Shown piece by piece: positions 26,801-38,992 of a stretch of 64,000 nucleotides of DNA. The stretch spans positions 110,796,001 through 110,860,000 of the forward strand of contig NC_045697.1 of NCBI RefSeq assembly GCF_009834535.1, written 5' to 3'. Each line of letters opens with the position of its first letter. Position 1 is the stretch's first letter. The notes beneath the pieces were generated by a model. It saw only the letters and a program-made list of their open reading frames with translations. It ran no database searches and was not told where the DNA came from. The stretch is from Camelus ferus. Its lineage: Eukaryota. The translations under genes and the position numbers were made by a program.

Positions 26801-28495
26801 TGATTTTTTGTATTTATATGGTGGTGTTTATAACTTCTCCATTTTCATTTCTAGTTTTGTTTATTTGTGTCCTCTCTCTTTTCTTCTTGGTGAGCCTGGC
26901 CAGAGGTTTGTCTCTTGTTCTTGTAATTGGGAGTGGTTCCTCTGCTTCTTCATTTTACTTATATTTCTCTGGCTTTACATATTTAGGAGTACCAGTTATC
27001 TACTGTGGTCTTGAAGGGCTGTTTTTTGTTTTTGTTTTATTTAAAGTGGGAGCATTCCTTTGTAGACTCTGCATGTCTAATAGTTTTGCTGCAAGGGTTA
27101 TTTTTAGTATGGATGGTTGCAATGTCTGTCTTCCACGTGTGTTGGCTGTTATCCTTTTCATTGGGGGTGTGGTTGGTGATGTGGTGATCAGAGCCTGCCC
27201 TAATTGTTGTTGTCGAGTGGGGCCTCCTTTTTGTTCTGTGGTTGTCACAGCCCTGACAGGGGTTAAGTCTGCTCCCCTGTTGCTGAATGGCTTTTAGATC
27301 CATTTCTGGGCTGCAGTGTGTGGTAGGTGGGGTTGGAGCACTTCAGCTGAGAAGAAGAGCTGCCAAGTATACCTCTGCAGGAGTTGTCCCTTGGGAAATG
27401 CCCTCAGTGGTGTTGTCTGTCACTTGTTATGTGGGCTTACAAAGTACTCTTTGTTGACTGTGCCTTTGTCCCTGCCTTAGCCGTGGGAATGTCAGCCACC
27501 CGCTCTGGTGTCCCCCAGGTTTCTGCACCCACAGAGCCACCAGTGCAGATCCCCCAATGTCAGGTGCAAGCACCTGCTGTGGCGAGTGTGCAGTCACACA
27601 CCTGAATCCACAGTGTGCCACAGGGTCAGTGCAGAGCCCAGCCCCACCTCTGCACATGGCACGGTATTCTGGCCTGTTGTAAGTGACATACCTGTACCTG
27701 CCTCCGCCGCACACCAGAATTCACACTCTCTGCCTGTCCATCGCAGAGTCGTGAGTCCACAAAGGTACCAGCAGAGCGAATCCAGCCCCTCTACCTGGGG
27801 CTGTAAAGAAATCTGAGTCCTGCCTGTGAAGTTGCAGGGCCCCTGGTTACAGAATCAGGTTTCAGCGCCACCTGCACCCCAGAGCCATGCAGCAGTGATG
27901 TGACAGCTGTGACCGAGCCACCTCTCTTCTCGTGAGAACGCACCAATGATGGAGCCAAGCAGAGACAGCAGCTATCGCACATCTGTGTTGCGCCCCTCCC
28001 GACAATGTGCACCGGCAATGGTGCTTTTTTTGGACCAGCTGTTCTGATCCACTCGCACTCCCAGCCATAGCTCACACCACCCTCCAGTGCCCTGAGGCTG
28101 CCTCTGTGCAATGGGCCTCAGCCCTCTCCCCAGGCTTGTTGCTGATCTCCAGCAGCCAGTCCTGGCCCATGCCACTCTCTCCTCTGAGCCTCTGAAGCTC
28201 TGCTTCTGTCCCTGCTGACCCTGCTTGGAGAGGAGGCAGCCCAGCATGAGGGTGGCTTGCTTTCTTTGCTGCTCCCTCCCCACGGGACCTGTCCTGCACC
28301 GATTTCCTTTTTTATTTTTATTTTTCCTGTCTCCTACCAGTTTTTGTGAGGAATCCTCTTATATTTCAAAGCAAGAGACACTCTGCCAAAGCTCAGTAGG
28401 TGTTCTATGCGATTCAGTGGGTCTGTAGATGTAATTCTTGGTGTACCTATGGGAGGGGGCAAGCTCTGAGTCCCTCTACTTGCCATCTTGGCACT
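23851..28495 (-). mobile_element. LINE-1 with intact 5' UTR and 3' end but lacking almost all of ORF1 and the ORF2 N-terminus
   Basis: ORF2 peptides over 24180-26910 ([38 protein letters not shown]). ORF1 ATG at 26951-26953. GC-rich 5' UTR beginning ccaagatggc near 28490. Confidence 0.93.
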
Positions 28496-29374
28496 TTCAG
28501 CCAGAAATGTAAAGAATGACAATTATTCTATAAAAGTATTGACAGTATTAATGGTCTCTTTCACGGAATGAAAAACAAAATCACAAAGCCATTTTAGGTA
28601 GATCTTTTTTTTTATTTCTTGCAATAAATTTGTACCTCCTCTGAATGTTAATGTTTCATTTATGTTTGTAGAAAGGACAAACATCTCACATGATACGTTC
28701 AGATAAGTGACACTCAATGGGTTTTGTCCCTGCCAAGGCCTAAGCTTGTCCCTTCTAAGGGCAAGTACAGCAGTAATGCAGTGAGCTACACTGACTGGAG
28801 CCTGCACTTTCCCTAAGTGCTCAATTCCAATAGAAAGACTTCAGTACTAGGAGCAAGCTGCACCAAGGGGTCCACAGTAGGACAAAGAGATCTACAAAAA
28901 GAGTTAATGATCAGCATGTTATGAGGTTTTTTTCAGTTATTAACAATATAAGATAACGTATTGTTTTATGAGTAGTCACTTCAAAGATTTTTTTAAAGTC
29001 ATAATAAACTCTATCTGAAAATGTCTTAGAAATAATCTAATCAATTTCCTCATTTTGTAAATAAATAGAGGAGCAGAAATCTCAAAGATTTATCAAGGCC
29101 ACACAGTTTACAAACAGAAGTGCTCGAAAAAAACCACCCCAGACTCCTGGTTACTAGTTCAGTATTTTTTCCACTTTGGTATCTTATTCCAATCCTTGTA
29201 GTAATTTGGTTTATTCTCATTAACAATGCCAGCATTAAAGATGGCAAAATGTAATCAGTCTTGCATTAAAAATGAAGGCTGTTCTTTGTTTTCAAAGAAA
29301 AGCAGCCATAAATAATGATCAGAAATAAGAAAAAATTATATTTTAGAAAGTAAGGGTCTGCATGCTTTTCCAGC

Positions 29375-29885
29375 GGTGGAAGGATTTTCCCACCTCACCA
29401 AGTAACTCTCTGCCACCAGCTAGGAGTCCTACAAGTCAACTCAAGCTTGATGCTAGCTACCTGCGGGTAGCATTGGACCCACAGGTTAAGGGCTCAGTCC
29501 CACACCCACTTCAGATGCCCGTCACAATTCAGGTTATGCTTGTGCTTCTGATCCATCGGCTGTAGATGTGAGGTTCCAATGACACCCTCTTTGGGTCTGA
29601 TCAGTTTGCAAGAGTGGCTCACAGAGCGCAGGAAACATTTTTACTCTCTAGATTGCCAGTTCATTATAAAAGGGTATAACTAAGGAACAGCCAGATGGAA
29701 GAGATGCCCAGGGAAAGGTAAGGGCAAAAGAGCGCAGGAAACCCGTGCCCTCCCTAGGCATGCCGCTCTGACTAAGTCTCCCCTGGGGAGCTCTCTGAAC
29801 CCTGTCCTTTTGGGGTTTTATGGAGGCCCTATCATGTAAGCACACTGATTAAATCATGGCTCACTAGCAATTGGTTCAGCCTCCT
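29375..29885 (-). mobile_element. MER21-like LTR fragment
   Basis: Reverse-complement similarity to about 14970-15500 (cccacaggttaagggctcagtc versus gactgaatccttgacctgtggg). Confidence 0.75.
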
Positions 29886-30275
29886 TATGGATATTAATGG
29901 TTATGTAGTGGTTTTAGCAGCAGCCAAGCCTCATATCCTCCTGGAAAACTTCAAAGTGTGGAAGAAGGGAGCGGACTCTTGTGAGAATTTTGCAGAAGCC
30001 TTCCCTTCGAGCCCTGTGGGCCAGCATGGGTCATATGCCCAAGCTGCAAAAGTGACTGAAAAAGCAAATAGATGGGAGGTAGGCTCTGCCAATAAGAAAG
30101 GAGGAGGTAAGAGTAACCTTAAAACAGAAGGAACTGCATCACTACCTGTTGCTTCATAACAGACTACTGCAACATACACTGGATTAAAACCATCAATTAC
30201 TTACAAAGAATCCGCGGGTCGCATGACCTGTGCCAGGGTCAGCTGATCTTGGCTGTCCACTAGTGGAGCCGCTTT

Positions 30276-30516
30276 TTGAGAGCTTGTTGGAGGCTCTAGT
30301 AGGGGAGCGCAGCTACTCGTACACCCTTGACCGAGAAGAACGGTCCTCTTCTGTCAGGGAAGGTCCTCCTCTTCCACCGAGCAGCGCAGCTTTGGGAGGG
30401 ACGCACGTGGAGCGGTGATGGAGGAAAGGGACACCCGCCTAGCCAGCCAGATCTGCCAAATCAACCCTGGCGATCAATGGGGTGACAGATGGCACAGCCA
30501 GATCACCCTCACATCC
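30276..30516 (-). pseudogene. RN7SK: 7SK snRNA retropseudogene, 3'-truncated and tailless
   Basis: The reverse complement starts GGATGTGAGGGTGATCTGGCTGTGCCATCTGTCACCCCATTGATCGCCAGGGTTGAT and follows 7SK to ...CAAGCTCTCAA (about 240 nt), with many substitutions. Flanked by a degenerate 15-bp direct repeat. Confidence 0.95.
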
Positions 30517-33442
30517 GTGGACTAGCTTTTTAAAGCTAGTAGAGAACCACTGGGAGCCCTGGATCAATCTTCTCTGAAGAATTTCTCCTTATTTTTCTTT
30601 TCCGTCTTATCATCTGGTGCTGAAACCAGATATGGATGTTGTGTTGCCATGAAGCTAAGAATCCTGGCCACCTCATAACACCAGTCCTGGATGAAGCACT
30701 TGGAAGCTTATCTTTAGTTCCGGGGCCTGGCGTTTAGTGGTAGGGTGGCTGTCTTTCTGGGTGGAACAAGCATGGATCAAGTTCACTGCCGAGTTGCTGG
30801 TGCGCGTCTGATCGTACTGATGAGTGTGTGAAGGAGGACTCCTCTGGGAGGTCTCTGATGACCTAGTTTGCTTAAAGAACTGAAACATGTAAATAAATTA
30901 CACCTCAGAGTGGAGGCTTACTATACTAACCACAATGAACAGGCAATATATTCCCCATGAAATACATGCCATTTGAGAGAAAAACTAGTTCAACAGCTTT
31001 ACTGCATGACTTACTTATGGTTTATAGAATTTTTTGCTCCCTTTGTCAGTACACTCTAGCATCTATGTTTTAGAATATATTCATAGGCCTTCACTTATTA
31101 GTGCCATGTGCACCTTTATTTCTGTGTGGTCTCTGTCTTCGATCACCCTGTCTGTAGCAGGTTGGTGTAGTTTCGGTTAAGTTTTACTACTGGACATGGA
31201 AGTAATTTGGAGATAGAGGTCTTGTCAAATTCCAACACAGCTGTTCAATTAATCTCCCTTCTTCATAGACAGGAGAAAGCTGAGACTCATTGAAAAAGTC
31301 AGAAAAAGGCTAACTGAATCACCTAAGATTCAATAGCCAAATTATGAGAGTATGGGATTAGATTTCAAGAATATCCTGTCTTTTGCAAACAATACGAAAG
31401 GAGAACGGCCATCAGTGAACACATTTCTCTCCATGGATATCCCATCCTACTGGTCTTCACACTGTGGACTCAGACCCTAGTCACAGGAGAGAAAAAGGTA
31501 GAAGAGACTGTCGGTTGCTCGCTCTAACAGGTCAGAATAAGTGACAGTCTTATAACTTCTGTGACTTCTTCACCAGGACTGAGTTTTCGAAAAGATGATT
31601 TACGTCAGGAGAGGCGGCATCTGGTGGGGGCAATGAGAGTGCCGTCGTCACAGGGAGCCGAGTCTTGGGTATATGCTGTTCAGACTGGAAGCTGTACCTT
31701 CTCCAGGTTGTCCTAAGTAACTACTTACCTGCTTATGAATTTTAGTAAATAGAACCCAAGTAAAACACTTCTCTCCTCTACAGCCTCATGTCGATGTTAT
31801 CATAATAAACTGCCATTGAAAACACTACGCTAAGAAGACACTGTATTTGAAAATACTAAGTATGTGGGAGTCTGGATAAAAGGTGTGAGTTTGGAGGAAA
31901 TCTTCAGACACAAGAGAGCTGATTCTTGATCACTGCTTCAGTGATGTGAAATAATCAGTGCTCTTGTATTTAGCCAAAAGGAAGAGAACTGAGCATCAAA
32001 ATCATAGATTGTAAGAACAGGAAGGGAGCTTTAAAAATATGCTGGCCCAACTCCTTTCTTTTAATGATAGGAACTTAGGCTTGGAGAGGAGTACAGAACA
32101 CTCAGTGTGAGACAGGAGCAGTGCCATCGATTGCAAGTGGTTAGCTTTTTGTGTTCATTCATTAAAATATTAACCACTTCCTAAGTTTAAGAGACGTAAT
32201 CTTAAACGAATTCTGAGGAAAATACACAAGAATCTTCACCTGTCTGTCCAGCCACATATCCTCCATTCCTCTATTCAATCAGCATCACCAAATGTCTCCT
32301 CCTATTTACTCAAACCTCTTTGTTTTTGCTTATATTGCTGGTACTTTATAAAATAATTTATACTTTACAATAGCGCAGATGAGTACATGGTAGAAAATTC
32401 CAGAGGTACCAAAGGGTATATAGAACGAAAATTATGTTTCTCTTTTCCCTGTGTCCCCCTCACTCACTTCCCCTTTCCGGAGATAATCAGTCCCTAGCGT
32501 TTGTGCATCTGTACGAAGGTATTCTGTGGCTTTGTAAATCTACATCCGTGTATCAATGGATAATCTTTGGTTCCTACCAAAAAATTAACATGCTCTGCAT
32601 CCTGTTCAGTATCTTATCTTCCGGAACTTAAATTTCTGAGTTGAATCCTAAATTTGATAGTAATTTGTTAGATTAATAAATTCTCTCTTCACCTGGGCTT
32701 TAGTAGACTCAACTTTTAATTTAACCTGGGTCCTCCCTTGAATTATATTCTACAATCCAATTACAGAAGTTTCACCCGGGCATTCAGGGGTCTTCAGAGC
32801 CTGTTTCCATGTAATCTGTAGCCTTATTTCATGCCACTCCCCAACTTACGCTTTAATACCACCCTGACTGTTTCCTTATGGCTCCTTGGAGGCTGAGGCC
32901 CATCCCTGCTCTGAGCCTACTCCCCCTGTGCTCCTGAGAGCACCCCCTTCTAATCTCTCTGCACTGTATTCCTTGAGACCCAGTTCAGTTCTCATTTCCT
33001 CCATGGGGACTTCACAACGATTCTAGCACATCCTTTTCTCACCCTTCATCAAATTCTCTACTAATTTTTGCATTTTGGGAGTCATTTTTACATACTCACA
33101 TACTTTCCTTTATTTTTCTTCAATTATGTTCAACTTTTATTCAAAGAGTATTATTAGCTATGTTTGACTGGCTAGTGAGGGTTTTCATAAATCATGTGAC
33201 ATCTCTGGACTTATTTCCACATCTACAGAATGAGAATGTAAGTAGCTGCTTTCCAGAGAAGCAATATGAAGTAGCAGCAATTTCATGGAACTTAGAGCCT
33301 GATAGATCAGAGCTGCATTACTAAATTTGCAACTTACTTTATCCCTTGGGCCAATTAGGAAATTGTTCTGAATCCACTTTTTTTAATCTTCAAAAAAATC
33401 TTATGAGATAACTGGTGTAAGATATTGATATAAATCTTTAAG

Positions 33443-33967
33443 TGAAAGGATTCAGAAAAAAGAAAGCAAGCTAAAACAAACAAAAAACCCAGATGGCCCT
33501 AAACCAGCTGGGAACCAAGATGGTGACACATTTGACCTCCAACAGACTGTGAGTCTCCTTATACACTGATTTTACTACGTTAGCATATTAAATGGCACAC
33601 CCTCCAGTGACCAGAATAGGACACCAAGGACCAAAAACGGATAAAAAGGGGGTGGCACACTGCTCCAACAGAAAAAGCCCCGCCCCTTCTTCAGCAGGCA
33701 AATGCACATGCCTCCCCATCATTAACCACACTCCTCCTCCCTTTGTCTTTACTCTTTAAAATAAATTCTTCTCAGCAGGTGGGCAAGAAGTTGATCTGTA
33801 AACTTTGTTCCTGCTCCGCCATTCTTTGGCCACTGAATAAAGCACGTGCCGTGTCGATCTCAGCTTCAGTTTTATTATTTCACTGCTCAAACCCAGATGG
33901 AAAAAGAAACCTCCCACTGAAGCAAAGAGCCCCAGCTGCACTAGGGCCTGAGCAGGGTCCATTCAAC
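33443..33967 (+). mobile_element. Solo ERV LTR inside a MIR-like fragment
   Basis: Starts tgaaagga, contains ccaagatgg, a GC box and AATAAA at 33836-33841, and ends near attca. Confidence 0.65.
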
Positions 33968-34176
33968 TTAATTCTCAGTTTGGTAACAGAATCAATTTAA
34001 CTTGGAGACCTGCAATATGTGATGGAGAGGGAGCAGTCAATGAGGAATTCTAAGGATCTGGCTTGTGGGACCTGGAGGGGGTTGTGCCAAGTTATTTGCT
34101 GAGATAAGAAGTGAGGGAAGAGACTGAGGTCTGGGAATGAATTACAAGGGTAGGTAAGGAAAAATGGGCCTGGGGA

Positions 34177-34436
34177 TGTTACTGAATGCAAGTTCATGTG
34201 CCTGACACACAAGCTGAAATGTCAGAGTTTGGAGCAGAGTGTTTATTGCAGGGCCAAGCAAGGAGACCAGGTGGCTCATGCTCAAAACCACTGAACTCCC
34301 CCATGGTTTTCAGGGACAAGTTTTTATAGGCAAAATTTGCGGGGAGGGCTGCAGGGTGTGGGACGTTCTTCTGATTGGTTGGTGGTGAGGTCACAGGGCG
34401 GTGCTCCAGGAATCTTGTGCTCAGCCTGAAATAACA
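34177..34436 (-). mobile_element. Short or internally deleted ERV1-type LTR
   Basis: tgttactgaa...ataaca ends; minus-strand AATAAA, TATAAAAA and CCAAT in promoter order. Confidence 0.65.
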
Positions 34437-35094
34437 CTTGGCCAGATGATTTTACTAAATGTAAAATAGTTTGGTTTTGATAACACCTTCTTTTCTGGTT
34501 TTCAGAACAAATCAAAACACAGCACATCGAAGTCAGATTTATATCAAATCGCCAGCTTTACTGGTGGAGCTAAGCTACAGAACAAGACTGGAATCCGTAG
34601 CCCACCGTGCTCATCCTTCTGGTCTGGGTTAGAGAGAGTCATCCATTTAGTCATGATACAGAAGAGTCCCTCCCACTCCCTTTGTGACGCTTCATCCTAC
34701 CAGTACCAGAGAGGAGTCAGGACAAGAAGGAAGCTTAGCTAGGAATCATCTGACTCCTTTTCTCTGATCTGCTCCAGCAGATTATGGAGGAGCAATGATC
34801 TCCGCATACTTACCCCTTCTGAACTGTGTGGTGGAAGTTCTGTAACTGCAGTGAAACAGGGGGCCAAGTGCTCTTCCCTAAAAGCAACACAGTAAACTCC
34901 CTGCTGAAATCCTGAAGGGTCACATCTCCTCCCATCCTAGCATATCCCCCAAAACACAGCACAGTGCCATGAACATTCAACACACATTTGTGAAAGGAAT
35001 AAAACCAAATGAATAAAATGACACTGGCCCTATTATCTTTAGCCATAAATTATACAATTCAAAGATATGCAAATAAAAATTCTTGCGATTAAAG

Positions 35095-35260
35095 TGTTGT
35101 GTAGATTCAAAAGGGCAACTTCTTTTTTCACATTTTACTTTCTGTGAAATTAGATGCATCTTATATATATAATTCCTGTGTGTTTCAGCTTAATCGGCAG
35201 TTTTCTTCTTTCTTAGCAGTACATAAAATAATGCTGTATCTTTGCTATGTCTTACAATTG
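35095..35260. mobile_element. MER104-like Tc2 DNA transposon relic
   Basis: gattcaaaagggcaacttcttttttcacatttt...gaaattagatgcatctta. Confidence 0.45.
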
Positions 35261-35312
35261 AGTTTTAGACCCAACAGAATATATCTGAAGAAACTTAAAA
35301 TTATTTCCTTAA

Positions 35313-35360
35313 CACACACGCGCACACACACACACACACGCGCACACACACACACACACA
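35313..35360 (+). repeat. (CA)n microsatellite with CG interruptions
   Basis: Directly visible. Confidence 0.95.
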
Positions 35361-35578
35361 ATCACACCTAAAGCAAGGCCTTCTGACATCCCTGCTCAAT
35401 ATGGTGATAAATTCCTCTTTCTACTGTTTTGAGTTGAGTCCTGACTATGAGTACTATTATTTGTCATTTTTGCTATTAACACCATTTCCTAGTGTTAGGA
35501 AGCCTTCCCTGATGCCCTCAGGTAAACTTGTGTGCCCACTTTCCTGTGTTCTTATTCCCCACTGAACTGTAATGCCTT

Positions 35579-35910
35579 TGCTATGGCCTGGATGTCTGTG
35601 CCCCCAACCGATGCTTGTGTTAACCCGAAGGTATTAGGGAGTGGGGCCTTTGGGAAGTAATTAGTTCATGAGGGTTGAACCTTCATGAATAGGACTAGTG
35701 CCCTTAAAAAGATGCTCTGTGAGCTCCCTTTCCCCTTCCACCATATAAAGTTACAATGAGAGGTCTGCAACCCAGAAGAGGGCGCTGGCAGACCATGTGG
35801 GCACTGTGATGTCAGACCTCAGCCTCGGGAGCTGTGAGAAACAGGTGTCTGTTGGTTACAAGCCGCCCAGTCTGCGGTACTTGGTTACAGCAGGGCAAGT
35901 GGACTCAGAC
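35579..35910 (+). mobile_element. MLT1A-like LTR
   Basis: tgctatggcctggatgtctgtgcccc...gtggggcctttgggaagtaattag...agctgtgagaaa...tggttacagcag. Confidence 0.85.
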
Positions 35911-36069
35911 CGTCCTGGAGGACTGGTGCTAGGTCTCTGGACTGTCGTAGCCTCACTTACCATCACAGTGAAATATATGTTACCCACGATGAATTGGGTG
36001 GATAAATAAAATGATCTGCTAAGGAACAAACGCTGAAAAATACAATGAGTAGGAAAAGCATTACAGAGG

Positions 36070-36270
36070 GCTCAATTTATGCCAAGATTGCTTTGAGCAC
36101 TTCAGGTACAGGAACTCATTTAATTGCCTTAAACCCCTAGTGGTGGTTCAACTACTGTCCCCATTTTACAGATTAATAAAATGAGAACAGAGAGGGCGTG
36201 TGCCCATGGACCTAAACTCTAGCTTGTGGGATTAAAGCAGGAGCACCCTGACTCCAAAATTCATGATTTT
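36070..36270 (-). mobile_element. MIR
   Basis: ctcatttaat...ccccattttacaga core. Confidence 0.65.
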
Positions 36271-36887
36271 AGTCATTTTAATGTTAAAATTTAAAAAAAA
36301 TACCCTGTAGAAATTACTTTCTACACCCACTACCAATGTGACCATTACCTGATAAAGTGAAAGAGGTGATAATTGTACTTTTTACAAAGGATAAGCAAGA
36401 ACAAAGGAGACTTTCAGGTTCTAGTGTTTTTGTAAAGCATTAAATGACACTCAGCGATATCTCACCACATTAAAAATATTAAGTTCTAAACTTTGTAATA
36501 AAAAGTCTAAAACTTTAGAGAAAGATAAAGCTAAGCTCATGAACCACATTCCTTCTTTCATGAATGGCTCATTCATTTACACATTTATACATTCAAATAC
36601 TTAATGAATTCTACATGCTAGGCACTAACCAATAGCCTCAACTTTTTTTTTCAACCTGAATAACATACGAATAATAATTTTAGTGTATTTTATACCAAAA
36701 TTCCACTTCCAGAAGCACTGTCAAGTTTTCAGAAAGAAAAAAAGTAAGTCTACATATTATCAAAGTGCTTTGTTTTATAATCAAATGTAAATGACTACCT
36801 ATTTTGTCGATTATTTTAATAATACATATACTGAATTGCAAATGGTTAGCAATTGCCTAAAAATACAGTATTGCACATTTAGAATCC

Positions 36888-36906
36888 TGGTGCCATCTTG
36901 TGGTCA
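36888..36906 (-). promoter_or_regulatory. Candidate CTCF site
   Basis: Minus strand reads TGACCACAAGATGGCACCA. Confidence 0.5.
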
Positions 36907-37049
36907 AATACAGTATTTCCCTATTTGTTTTAATTTGTCGCAGGTTTTTTAGAAAAGGTATTAAATAGGCAGATTATTGCTGATTATCTACCATAAAGTT
37001 CTAATTACATACTTCTATATATATCGGAATAATTTTTAGCTTCTATAAA

Positions 37050-37140
37050 CAAATATATGTATGTATACACATGACTGGGACATTGTGCTGTACACGAGAG
37101 ATTGACACATTTTAACTGACTGTACAATTTAAAAAAAAAG
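37050..37140 (+). mobile_element. Very short LINE-1 3' terminus
   Basis: tgactgggacattgtgctgtacacgagagattgacacatttt plus A tail. Confidence 0.8.
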
Positions 37141-38671
37141 TGAGCAAAAATGTAAAAAAAATTTAGCTTCTATGATATGCTCACATTTTCTTATTAATCT
37201 AATGAAAAGCTTTTCAGAATCAGGACAAACATAATCCACAAAAAGAGGTTTCTAAACTCAATTAGGGCCAAGGAACACTGCCTACTCTATCTTTCTTGAA
37301 GAGTCACTTGTGCATATTTCTTTATTAATGGCTCCAAGAAGTTCTCTCATAATCAAATCAGTTTAAAATTTCTATGACTCTGTTTTCTCCTTAATACCAG
37401 TGAACAAACCATGGAATGTACTTTGGGAAATGGTGACATACGGAATTAAATCACTGTTTGATTACATTTCCCTTCTCTGCATTTTTGATTCTACTTGGTA
37501 CACTGGGAAGGTGCATTTTAGCACGTTAATTCTGTTTCTCATTCAGCCTTGTGCTTATGTTTTTGTAGAATTTTACAGTTTGAGACATACTTTAGTAGAT
37601 TCTTAAAACAATTCCGTAGGAAGGAAGGACAGGACCCCCCCTCCTCATGAGGACAGTAAGGCTAACCCTATCTTTAATTGACATCCAGTGGCTTTTTCCC
37701 CACTATCCCTGCTTGCTCATATCTTCTCCCCACTTGAAAGTAGATGGGATAGTGAGAGTGGAAAAAAGAATGGGTCCTAATACATGGATGAAATAAAGCT
37801 CTGCCTGAGGTTACCAGTGCTATCTAATACGTAAAATATGAAATACTTACCAGTACCATATTTAATGATGATGTAAAGGAAAGAGATTTTTATTAAGGTT
37901 AGCATCAGCTACTATTTTTTTCTATGAAACAGAAAAAGACTGGAAAACCCCCAAACCCTTAAGCTTCCACGCCCTTCTCTCTGCATGGCAGCCCAGGGGA
38001 TGTCACAGTGCTTGGTGACTGCTTTACGCCATCTCTGCTGCCTTGTGCCCAGAGCTCAGTACAACTGTGGAGAAACTATTGTAATATCACACCAGGAAAT
38101 TCCCCTCAGAAAACTGAGGTTTAGCAGGTTTTCCTGGGGAACAGAGAAACCAAATGGAGATTCTCTTTTCTTAAGGAAGGTCCAGAGGCTTCAACCGTGA
38201 CGGCAGCGACAAAACAGCCCCTTCAAATACACAAACGTCAAACAAATATTCTGGCAAATAGTTGCATGGAAATGACTGTTTTAAGGACTCGCCCCAATGC
38301 TGCTATAATCCTCATATCTGGAGTGTGAGATGAATTAGAAAGGACTCCTTTGTGGCTCCACTGCTAAAAACAAAAATGGAGCTCATAGCCTAGGCGAGGC
38401 TGGTCCCACGCGCTTCGGAGCCACAGCTGTGGATGACTGAAGGTACTGCGGCCTCCCGTCAGCCATCATCTGAGATGACAACACTGAATATACAACTGGA
38501 CATCAGAATTATGGCATTTCTCTATGGTTCTATTAATTTTGATTTATAGCTGTAAAATTTTAAAAGCCTGATTTTTTCCCTATTTACTAGCTACTATCTA
38601 AAAATATTTTGTGATTGATTATCTTAAAATAAATTCTCAAGAAATGCAATTATAGTATCCTAACCAACTAC

Positions 38672-38992
38672 CTGGAGGTGAGCTTTTGATTGGAAGTATT
38701 CTGGGTTTAATTTCTGTTTTAATTTGCTCTTTTTCAGGTTCTTGTTGTTTACTTTGAGATTCCGATAAGCGATTCACCGCCATGTCTTCACCTCCAGTGG
38801 GTGCCATCTCCTCATCGTTTCTGATGGAGGCTACTGGCTCAAATTGCCTCACATCATTGTTTGATTTCTTGGTTTTCAAAAAAGACACTTTTGGAGAATT
38901 CTTTTCTTCATCATCTGATATATGAGAATCATTTATGTTTTTCTTAAGTGAATTTTCATCTACTGAGGAGTTAGAAAAATCACCTAAGGGAA
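38672..38992 (-). pseudogene. MAP9: MAP9 exon 4; frame open but canonical acceptor reads GA
   Basis: ORF 38637..38996 (PLGDFSNSSVDENSLKKNINDSHISDDEEKNSPKVSFLKTKKSN...EIKPRILPIKSSPP) resembles MAP9. Donor CAG|GTAGTT; the polypyrimidine tract ends ...ttttGA|TTCCCTTAG. Confidence 0.85.

Noticed and set aside
24829..28428. Many hydrophobic plus-strand ORFs (also at 48348-52082)
   Set aside because: Antisense translations of LINE-1 sequence.
30276..30516. Functional 7SK gene
   Set aside because: Truncated, diverged, flanked by a target-site duplication, and without a terminator.
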